From assembly GCF_037042905.1 (NCBI RefSeq), contig NC_087245.1, positions 28,522,001-28,586,000 of the forward strand: 64,000 bases of DNA. The letters run 5' to 3'. The notes below the pieces were generated by a model that ran no database searches, was not told where the DNA came from, and worked only from the letters and a program-made list of their open reading frames with translations. This document shows positions 12,701 through 22,800 of this stretch, piece after piece. Within the stretch, counting starts at the first letter, position 1. Each line of letters begins with the position of its first letter. This stretch comes from Lytechinus pictus. Lineage: Eukaryota. Both the position numbers and the translations under genes were made by a program.

Positions 12701-15032
12701 GTTTTCTTAGAGGATGAGTAAACAAATGATCTTTCACCCCAGGTTTTGGAAACTTTGGGGGTAACAAGAGAATTGGAAAAGGAGGAACGTAAGGATCTTG
12801 AAAATACTGCAGGTTTCATGTAAAGTGCCTGTTTTTATATCCCCCAAATCGTAATATGCACATAATAATATAGGATTTGTATAGCGCACGTATCCACCTT
12901 GCTAGGTGCTCAAGGCACTCCTACATGTATATTACCCCGGCTAAGCTAGTCTACCGATTCTGGTGCGCACAGCTGTTTGAGGAATTACTTCCTGCCGGTA
13001 CCCATTTACCTCACCTGGGTCGAGTGCAGCACAGTGTGGATACATTTCTTGCTGAAGGAAAACTCGCAATGGCTAGGATTCGAACCCACGACCCTCTGTT
13101 TGAAAGGCGAGAGTCAGAACCACTAGACCACGGCGCGCCCACATGTCTAAAATGCACATGTCTATCTTAGAAAATTGAAAATACTGTTTTTCCTTCCCAA
13201 ATCTTTTAATTCATCCCCCAAAATACTACAGTTCTTTTTACTAGGTTGACATCCCATTCCCTGTATAATCATGTTCTAATCTGAGTTATATTTAAATTGG
13301 TTTTTCAATCTTTTAATGGCAATAATTTCTTTCCTTCAGATAACACCGGGAAGCTTGGTCGAGTTCCTCAGTCGGTGGTCGATGACGAGGAAAGTCTTCT
13401 GAGGAACTATCACAAGATGAGCACCGACCTGGCAGGTCTGAAGAGGCCCGCATCCAATGCCATGAAGAATTTTCTAAGGTCACGACCTTTGCCCTCTTCC
13501 GCTAGTGTAAAGAGGTCAAAAGAGATTGACCCCATAGATATAGCATATCACCCCATGTATGGTAAGGAAAGTAATAACTATAATGATAATAGTAATAACA
13601 TTTGTAGGGGGCTCTATATAGATGTTTCAAAGCGCGCGGATGGGCTGATTAACTTCTTTAAAAAATACAATGAATCCATGTATGAAAAAAAAATGAGTAG
13701 CATTTACTTATAGAGGGCAGGATGAGGAGGCACAGAAGGAGGAGCAGAAAGAGAAAGGAAGGAGGAGGATCAGGAGGAGCAACGGAATTGGGAGGGAAAG
13801 GGGAGGGGAGGAGGTAGGAGGGAAAGGAAAGGAGAATATATATCTGATGGAGGACAGAGGTGTCCAAAATACTAATTAACAATCTCATCCCTATTCATTC
13901 AGTGTGAAGAGGTCATCAGCAGGAAAAAATTGATTTTGTGGAATGTTCAGTCGATATTGAATTTAAATATATCGATGAAATAATGAGGTGTGTTTTGACT
14001 TTAACAGGAATTCAAGACAGTGATCAAGAAAACACGAGAGTGCAGCTTGTTGATGAGATCAAGAGCTACAAACCACACTCTGTAAGTACTTACGTGTACA
14101 TGTACATGTTATTCCCTTCGGCAGAAGGATCTATATAAATTGTAACATAACAAAATGCCAATTCGCATGATCAGCTCTTATTTGAATGAGCACTAACACT
14201 TTCACATGAAGAAATTGCTCAAAGCTTTCTCAACATAATTTCATCTTGTGCACAAGTAAGTTACTATCGCCATGCTAGTACATGTATGTGCCACCTGCAT
14301 CAATTGCACATTTTGGACTGGCCTTTGTGCCGTAACATTAATTGCGCTCCATGGCTGGGATGGATGTTCAAATCCAATACTAGTTTAAGTTCTGTTAAAT
14401 GTCAACTGTCTCGTGTAACACAGTGCATGCCTATGTCACCAAATACAATTAAAAATGTGCATTGATACATTCATGAATCATATCTCCCTGTGGCCTGCCT
14501 TGTTGGTAACATATAATCCACTTGAGCAATTTTAAATCTATGAATTACTATATTGCGTTATATTCAACTGCAGAACATCCACATATACATGTAGTATGAA
14601 TTGATATGTTCTAATAATTTGTTGTCATTGCCTCTCGTATGAATCAATTTTAATAGACAATCTTTGAGATCAACTCCACTGCTAAGAACATGGCTCATGG
14701 CATCATGCAATCCAAGAGGAAGCTACACAACAAAGTGATCAATAGGAATATACTGAGACTGGAGGAGAGAAAGAAAGATGAGCAAGCTATGAAAAGAGTT
14801 GCCATGGAAACAGAAGATGATGAAGATGCTGAGGTATGTACATTACCATCCATATCATTATGTCTGATAATGTGTACAGTTTTGCCTAGGCATAGCTAGT
14901 GTGTATCTGGCATAGGTTAATAAGTTGTGAAATACGGAATATTTTGTAGGTGTAAATATGATAAATCCATGGTCACAATTTCTCAAAAACAGTCTCTCCT
15001 TAACTTGAGGCTAGCTATGTATCATTAGTTTG

Positions 15033-15083
<51 letters not shown>

Positions 15084-18000
15084 CTACACACAGTTTTGTT
15101 TGTGCATTGGTAGGACTAGTGAGCATGTGGCAACTATGGAAACTAGTGTTAACCCTAAGTCCCAACTGATTTGGTTTAACAGTTCCACGGTTTCTTTATG
15201 CTCACAAAACACCTTAAAACACTATAAATTAAAATCTGAGTTGCCTTTACATTTTTTTTTTCTGTTTTATCTTAGAATGCATTCTCAGTTGTTATCAGCT
15301 CAGCTGGCAAGAAGAAGAATAAGAAGGATGGAGCATCTCAGAGGTCATTGCCCTTTACACAGAGTGCCGTCAGAGATGAGAATGTGTTCATTTCATACAC
15401 AGCACCAGACAAACAGATAGAACAAGGGTAGGTATAATACACATCAAATTACACATGAATATATATATACGAACCAGTGAAATTGTGTCACTAGTAACAG
15501 AAGCGTATCCAGCATGAATTATGACAAAGAAATGTATGGGCCCATGAACAAGTATAATAGAGTGACTATTGTCCCCAGACAATTGGGCCTGTGAAATGTA
15601 GGATTGCATGAAACTGTAGGATCTGATGCTAGATACGCACCCGATCCGAGTAATACATATCAAATTAAACATTAATATTAAAAAGTGTATCAAATAGCGA
15701 TATTGTGTCACTAGTACCACATATCAAATTATGCACAAATATAAGAATTATACTAACTCATGATATTGTGTCACGTAAGACATTCATTGACATATCCAAG
15801 CATTTCTTGGGGACTGTTCCAGCCAGTCTCTAAGTAAGGTGCTCTCAATGCTTTGCACGCTATAGTGTAAACTCATTTGTTATAATGGTAAAAACAATAA
15901 CTTGTTCTTCATGATTTTCACTAAAAAGTTATATCAAAGCTCTCTTTGATACTGATACAAGAAAAAGAATGCTTAGGGAATAAAAATGAAAGTATTCAAT
16001 GTAAGATGATGAAAGATGTAACAATGTGATAGCTGTACACATTTCGTCAATTTTAGTTTTCACGTAAAACAATATTTGTCTCCCTTTTCCATATTTGCGG
16101 TAAAATGATACAGGTTGAGCATCGAGAGTAACTTTGAGCAGCAAGCAGCGGGAGCAGTCTTAGATTTTACACAAGATGAATCCAAAGAAATGAGAAAACA
16201 ACAACAAAGAAAGAAATGGTGAGGATGGTCATTGTATTCTAAAACTGAAACGTGGTGGTAATGTTTACCTGATTGCTAACAAAACATGAATACCTGTTAT
16301 GAAACAGCGGACCAAAGGCTTGAGGTCCTCGCTGACGGACATATGTAAAGAGTATTATTAGGGCACTAGCACACCAAGTTGAAATTAAACCTAGGGCACT
16401 AGAATCCGTTACCCCCGCTCTACCGACTTGGCTATCAAGCCTCTTGGTATAGGACTTATGTTCAATTTAATTAATAGAGAAAAAATAATAATAAGGATGA
16501 GAGACTGGCATTGTAAAGATGAAAAACTTCTCTTTTTACTTCTGAAAGTAAATTTACATGCAATGTTTTATAGGTTTCTTCTCTGTTCCTATTGTCACTT
16601 TGGCTCTCGTTCTCTCCCACTCCGCCTTTCCTCTTTCATTTTACTGTAGAGATGTATGAATGTTATATAACTCTTTTCTTTTTCAACCTAGGGAGAGGAA
16701 AAAGAAGAAGTTTGTTGGAGATGGAGGGAAGGACGGCAAGCAGAAGAAGATTATGACGGAGAGTGGAAAATACATCTCGGCATCTTACAAGAAAAACATG
16801 TATCCTTTACAACTCGGGTTTGATTTAAATTCTGGTTTGAAGTTGTGGTTTAATTACTGTATGGAGAGCCAATCGTGACACAATTCTCAAACAATATGTT
16901 CAATTAGTCAGCAAGATTGGGGTTAAATTCATTCATAGCTGTCTGGGAATGATAATTCAAGTATTTTCCTTTACAATTTAAACATTGGGAATAACAAAGT
17001 AGAGATGAGAATCATACAATGAAAACAGATTTTTGGCCTCTTCGCCTTCCCAAAAATTTAGTGCCAAATTAGACCATGACCTAAGTTAGACTAGACTTCA
17101 GAATAGGGGCTCTACATGTAGCATTATTATGTAAAGTTCCCAGGTTTCTGCAATACGGAAAACAAGAAAAAAAATCCCAGAATTTGGGAAGGACACAGAA
17201 TTCACAGATTTTTCGCAGAAGACACAGTGTTTCAAGTAAAAATATTTACATTATGAAAAAATTACACTTAAAAACAGCAAAATCCAATAAAACAAAAACT
17301 ATGCATAAGTTGAAATCTTCCCATGAATCCTGTTGCACAAACAAAGTCAAGAAGAAGAGGCAAAAGGCTACAGATGCAGAGGAGAGGGCTCTATCTCCCA
17401 TCCCACCCCATCCATTGCTGTCCTGGGCTGTTGCCAAGTCTCCAACCCCACATCCTGAAGCTGCTGCTGCTACTGTAGATGAGGTCTTAGAAGAGGTCTT
17501 AGAAGACTGCAGAGGGGCATTTGATAACACTTTCTACTGGAGCCAAGGGGATGGGCAGGGGCGAAGAAGGGAAATCAACAAACCAGCAGCAAGAGAAGAA
17601 GCAGAGGATGGGCTTCACCTTCTCACCAGAACAAGAGGATGCTTTTATTTTTTAGCAGGTGTTACTGCATTTAGTACTTCAAAACATGAAATCATAAATG
17701 AAATGCAGGGGCCAGCTATCATAAGTAACATGCTTGAAAGAATAGCAGTTGTATTTGAGATGAATATTTCTTTATTCACATTTGGAAGATCTGTCTTTAC
17801 ACCAAGTCTATTGTTTTGTCTTGCCATGCTACGGAACCAGCAGGTGAATTGCACAAATGGGTGATGGGGTGTGCTGCATGTTGCCTTCTTCTGAAGCTCT
17901 CTCGGGTGCCTGGACTTCCATAGTGTCAATAAGGTTTGAGGGGTCTCCTCAATTATCTTAACAGACAAAATAATCATCTCAGTGTTTCTAAGGGATACCC

Positions 18001-19613
18001 CCGCTCCCTCTCCCAGCTCCCATACCCCGCCTCTATTTGAAGGGTATGACAGCCACTTCCACCCCGATAGGTGTGGCTGGTATGAAAAGATAAAGGGGAA
18101 GCGTGTGGTGACAAGGCACCCTGTAGAGATTGTTGTTGATTATTGTTTTGCAACCCCAAGTTCTATATAGACCCCAGCTTTCTCTCCAGGGTGCTGGCCC
18201 ACAGCCCCCCATACACGAAGAGGGATGGGTGCTGGAGGCTTGCGATAGGAATTCACCCTAAACAGGCTAGTCAGTATACGGAGGAACAGTGGGAGCGCTT
18301 AGTTGCGTTGCTCCAAAGCCCCTTAGTCGTAGGATAAAGAGAGATTGGCTTTGACTTTCCGGTCGACTCCCAGTGGTGGCCTGACCAGGAGGCGCTCTGT
18401 TTGCGACTCCTTGGTCTTGGTCAGTTGATTGCTATGTTGTTGGTTGGCAGCAACTGTCCCATATCTTTGGGGAGTCACAACTACATTTGTACCTCTCCAC
18501 AGCTACACTGGAAATGACTCACACTTGTCATTTTCTGCCACATTTATTTAGTACACATATTGTTTGATATGCACAAATATGTACAGATCATTAGCATCAA
18601 CAGACTAGCTTTCTTCCTATTGACGTTGGCCTGAGTTCGAACAGCTGAAGAAATTATGAATTCAGTTCAAATTGACTGTATTATATCATTGTTGCATGTT
18701 GATTATTTTATAGAATTGCCCTTCTAGGAAATGGAAATCTGTTCATTGACCCTTGACATTATTGTGATACTATCAGATACAAAGAATGGTTACAGAAGAG
18801 TAAGGCAGATTCTCGGGATCACCATCACTCTGACAGTGAGGGTGAGGATGGTGAGAGTGTCAGGTCGGGTTTCAACAAAGGTAAGGGCATTTCATCATTT
18901 TATGAATTTACAGAAGTTGAAATTTGGAGTCTGGAGATGCTAAAATCTCATTCTGAAATCCCTCTGCGGATGCAAAAAGGTGTTAGGAATAAACAATATT
19001 TTGCAATGATCGGTGGTCATAAATTTAGCTAGCAGTGATTAAAGGTGTGTACATTAAATTTTGAAACTCATTTGGGATATTACCAGTACCATTATAAGAA
19101 ATTAATTTTCCTGATATCAACTTTATTTGAAGGGTTTTAAGATATAAGACTTGGGATCATATCAAAAAGTGTTTTGTCTGCAGTTTTCACCGACTGACTG
19201 ATCCATTCAAAAGCAAATATTTGTGTAGGTAAATTGATTACTGTATAAAACAAATTTGTATCTTTTTACCTTTAGGAGGCATCACAGGGAACAGAATCCG
19301 CTATGGTTCCAAGCGAGGGGGCAAGCACTCAGGCACCAAGAGGAGAGGTCGTCATGAAGACACCGGCACAGAGAAAGGTCAGGGGTCAAAGGGTCATCAT
19401 GGGGGTGAACTCCGGAGGAAAGAAGAGATCCTGAAGCAGAGGAAGATCAAGGGGCGCAAACAGGAGCAGAGTAGACCCAGGGCACAGCGACAAGGGGGGC
19501 GTGGTGGTGGTGGTGGTAGAGGTAGGGGGAGGGGTGGAGGTAGGGGCGGAGGTGGTAGGGGTGGATTCGGGCGTGGCGGTGGTCGGGGAGGTCGTGGCAA
19601 AGGCAGGAGGTGA
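3795..19613 (+). CDS. DDX54: ATP-dependent RNA helicase DDX54 (Dbp10 ortholog), 16 coding exons
   Basis: Exons with GT..AG ends and consistent phases: 3795-3918, 4211-4281, 5263-5451, 7935-8122, 9606-9789, 10287-10418, 11481-11691, 11990-12130, 13340-13561, 14008-14081, 14657-14833, 15276-15427, 16114-16218, 16692-16799, 18777-18880, 19276-19613 (2520 nt, ends TGA). The translation has [14 protein letters not shown] motif [49 protein letters not shown] and the DBP10 C-terminal [12 protein letters not shown] motif. The ATG at 3795 directly follows an acceptor AG, so an upstream exon probably exists that I could not locate. Confidence 0.95.
5608..7845. repeat. intronic tandem repeat, three ~340-bp units (first unit interrupted by the pogo-like element)
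   Basis: TATCTCCTATTAAC...GGAAAGACCAAATTATG...AAATAAATAATTTT units start at ~5610, ~7185 and ~7527. Confidence 0.85.
5776..7009. mobile_element. non-autonomous pogo/Tigger-like (Tc1/mariner) element
   Basis: Perfect TIRs CCGTAAGTAACGGTGTATTAACCGCACC / GGTGCGGTTAATACACCGTTACTTACGG, TA on both flanks, subterminal repeats of GTGTA(T/A)AACCGCACC. Confidence 0.85.
8647..9465. mobile_element. Tc1/mariner-type MITE with ~340-bp TIRs
   Basis: AGTGCGTCCCAGAAAAAACGAA...TTCGTTTTTTCTGGGACGCACTG, TA flanks, long near-complementary arms. Confidence 0.85.
12863..13140 (-). mobile_element. tRNA-derived SINE
   Basis: On minus: A-box-like TGGTCTAGTGG, B box GGTTCGAATCC, a central GACCCAGGTGAGGTAAATGGGTACC block and a (TAT)n tail. 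A near-identical copy is at 32427-32693. Confidence 0.85.
15037..15080. repeat. (TA)n microsatellite
   Basis: Uninterrupted TA run. Confidence 0.95.
16811..17110. mobile_element. truncated MITE, same family as 51194-51504, opposite orientation
   Basis: TCGGGTTTGATTTAAATTCTGGTTTGAAGTTGTGGTTTA matches the reverse complement of the 51.5 kb end; the right end is ACTTCAGAATAGGGGC. Confidence 0.75.
17982..18425 (+). pseudogene. decayed TatD-family (TATDN2-like) nuclease fragment inside the U12 intron
   Basis: Reads YDSHFHPDR (HxH), then a frameshift near 18143, then FCNP...[12 protein letters not shown]...[19 protein letters not shown]...[12 protein letters not shown]. This is the TatD motif order HxH, GxHP, GExGLD, Q. 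One frameshift, one stop, C-terminal half absent. Confidence 0.75.
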
Positions 19614-19803
19614 CGATAGACGATATTTCGTAGCTTACTTGTCTTCCTTACGGGGTGTTGCAAGAGACTTGAGTTCAATTGCATATCAAGCGGAAGTCCC
19701 AAAATCAAGCGTTGTTAAGCATTGCAACCAAGTTGATTTGCTACTGAACGTAAAAATCAAGTACAAATTCATGTTCAATCATAAGACTTATGCTTGATTT
19801 CGT

Positions 19804-19809
19804 AATAAA
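19804..19809 (+). promoter_or_regulatory. candidate polyadenylation signal of DDX54
   Basis: AATAAA ~190 nt after the stop codon, followed by T-rich sequence. Confidence 0.4.
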
Positions 19810-21544
19810 TATAAGTTTCTTGCAATGCTCTGTTAGATATGCCATAGAGAGGTCACTGAAAATATTAAGTTCCTTTTAATCATCAAATTTACTTTTCTCT
19901 TGCAAAAGTCTTTATTAAGTCGTGTGTAAAGACAAGGTTTATTCATAGTGGATGGTGCCTTTGAAAGGTAACTGATTTGTCAACTAGAATGAAAATGACT
20001 ACATATACTGATTTAAGATTTTAGATTTTATTTAAAAGGTTACCTTTGTTGAAAAGGATTGTTCAGAAATGTCTGAAATGTTATAGAAATAACCATAGAG
20101 TTTTGTGCAAGTATACTCTTAAAAGTTATACTCTGAAAGTTATCCATGTGTAGAACCAAGTTTATATCTCTTAATTTGGCATGCATGCAAAGTTTTGTGT
20201 GCTGCTACATTTATATGTGGGAATTTTTGGAGTTATTGTCTGTAATATTCCATAGAATGGACACTTTTTCTTTCTAAGATTCGATGAAGAGCTGCCAACC
20301 TTTGAAAACACAAATCAGTACTCAGCACATGTTGACTCTCCTAACTATTTCAGAATCTTATTTTGTTGTAAAGCAGTGTGATTTGCTTGCGATTTGCTAG
20401 CGATTTTAGTTCTTTCAAAATTATATTAAATATTGAATGGACATGTATGAATCTAAGAACAACGCAAGTCCATGACAATTCATTTCAAGAACATTAAAAT
20501 TAAAAAAAAATTGATTACAGTGTTTTGACAACAATTTGATCAGCTTTTCATTCATATTTGGCACTTCCAGGTGCAAATCACTCAAGATAATCCTTATGTA
20601 CAACACATATCTGGCGAAGAGAGGGATTAGGGTTGGTCTTATATCTATATACTAAATAAGTACCTAGGACTTTTGCTCCCTGCTAGAAATTGTGCTGCTA
20701 AGCTGCGCTTAAACGATTTGATTTGCAAGTTTATGTCGTTGGCTCCACCATGTGCATGAACAGAGTGTGCATCCTGCATACACTTCTCCTTTCTTAGACG
20801 ATGCAATGCAACTATATTTCTGTGAAAACTCTTCCTTAAATTTCTGCTTACGATGCTATGCAGGTTTTGTCTTCGCTGTTTTAGATGACATTTTCTTCAT
20901 CAATGGTCATTGCACGACTCCCTGAAATAAACCCAAAATCCAACGTCACAATCAATTCAACCCTTGTGTACTTGTTGCATATGATGTATAACATGTGTAT
21001 GGATGTACAAATGTCTTTTTTGTTGTTTGCTTTTTGGAATCATACTGATTTTTGTAATAATTGGCAGCTCTGTCTATGACATTGCAGAGACAACATGATT
21101 TAAATAGTTGGATTACATTCCAAGCACAAGAATCAAATATGGATCATTATGACAGTCATACACACAAAAAGACACATCAAACAAAGAAACAAACGGACTA
21201 AAACATGATGAATATAACAATGAGGTGAATTGGAGACAATTTTCAATAGGGCATGTTTTCAGTGCGCTTTGTTTAGCAATTAACATTTCTATTTGTCTGA
21301 TTTTGCAAATAAACCCTTCAAAAACTATTGAACTGACTACTGAATTCTTGTATTTCTGAATATGAATGTGTAATGTTCATTACCAAAGATAAATTGAATG
21401 ACCAATTCATTTTATTTGGTTTCTTCCGATCTTTTATGAAACCAATTTTTTCCCCTTGTACCTGACAGATCATTTTAGAGCAATTATCTGAAGAAAAAAG
21501 CTTTTCTTATTAAATTCTTCAGCAATCTTCAAGTCATTTACCCT

Positions 21545-22800
21545 AACTAGAACAAGAACTGTTTGGGCCTTTCAGATCACACTCCCTCACATCTGACATT
21601 GAGTAGCCATCTTTCCAAGATTTTTTGCAAGTTTGTTGCCTTGTCCACGAGGTTCATATATGTATATGCAGCAACAGTGTCTCTGTCCAACCTTCCCATA
21701 CTCATCTTCATCAACATTGCGTCTAACTGCAAGCTGTCTAAGTACAGCAAGGATTTTGAGTGTAACACTAGTGACAAGTCTTTCAGTGGTGTTGCTGTAT
21801 AAATGAGTGAGACTCAACCTGGTGCCATCCAAAGCCAAATGCATCGATCAAGCTTTCTTGGGTCATTGCCAGGGTTGAGAGCTTGGATGGTCCCAGCATT
21901 CACCCTTCACGTGTCAAGAAGAAACTACATAGTAGTAGAAGGAAACCATCATCCATTGATTTCATTTGCAAGAAGAGACTTGGGAACACTGATCTATTAA
22001 TTCTGTGCAGCCTTTGCTGGAATCATACAACTTTGTACTGCAAATTGCCAGCTTCTTGTCATCAGCTGTGAGGGGGAGCACATTCCTCAGACCAAAGCTC
22101 TCTGTACATATGACTTATAAGTTCATGGTCATATTGCGATTCTCAGTTTTCCAGAAGATCCTTTACTAAGTTCATCTCTACCTTATGTCATCTTAAGTTT
22201 AGTGGGAATGCCCTTTCTATTTGCCTGAAATGTACCAACAATTGTCTTCCATATTTTCCTTCAGTAGCTGATTTACAATCGGTAGTGAAGAGTGGAACCA
22301 ATCTGTGCTCAGATTTCTGCCCTGCAGTGGCATGTATGGCTTTATGTTCTTGACCAGGTATTGTACAAGGTTATCTGTACAAATGAATAATGTTCTGTAT
22401 GTTCTTCTCATGGCTTTCCAGTATAGGGTGCTGTAACAATTGTGTATGAGTACCAAGCTGCATTGACTGACCAGAATAAGATACTGTACTTCACTGGCTT
22501 GTTGCGATTGTACCGTTTTATCGACACGTTGGTCCTCATGGGGTATAGTGTTTCATCAATGGTGATTAAGTCATTTGGGATGCTGGAAGTTGCACAATTC
22601 CTGTTCAGCATGTTATGCATTTCAGGGAAAGCAGCATAGCGACCATGTTTCCATCTTTCTTGCGGAGTGTCTGAGTCATCAAATGAGAGTCTTGACAACA
22701 GAAACTTGAAACTGTTGTTTCATGACATGGTTGCTCCAAAGATATAGTGCCCTGTGCAATCAGAGACAAGGTGGTCAACTTTTAAGAGATTCTGGCCCAA
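21545..22800 (-). mobile_element. decayed piggyBac (PGBD-like) transposase
   Basis: Minus-strand fragments SRLSFDD..ITIDETLYPMR..YNRNKPVKYSI, GRNLSTDWFHSSLPIV, KLYDSSKGCTELIDQ, RVNAGTIQALN and a Cys-rich tail (RHCCCIY..TQCQM). Multiple stops and frameshifts; TIRs not found. Confidence 0.8.

Larger units (their letters stand above)
16800..18776 (+). other. U12-type (minor spliceosome) GT-AG intron of DDX54
   Basis: 5' splice site GTATCCTTT at 16800-16808 matches the U12 consensus. Branch-point-like CCTTGAC at 18751-18757 lies ~18 nt before the AG at 18775-18776, with no strong polypyrimidine tract. The spliced frame reads SYKKNI/YKEWLQK. Confidence 0.9.

Noticed and set aside
13060..13140. 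tRNA-like A/B boxes here and at ~32620, ~40380, ~41500 and ~30640
   Set aside because: They are SINE heads attached to SINE bodies; no complete cloverleaf.
15504..15638. 13-bp terminal stem with CTGA before the 3' arm, possible intronic C/D snoRNA
   Set aside because: No acceptable box C (RTGATGA) at the right spacing; more likely a small inverted-repeat remnant.
19397..19797. Pro-rich minus ORF and Val/Gly-rich plus ORF
   Set aside because: Shadows of the DDX54 RGG-coding exon.
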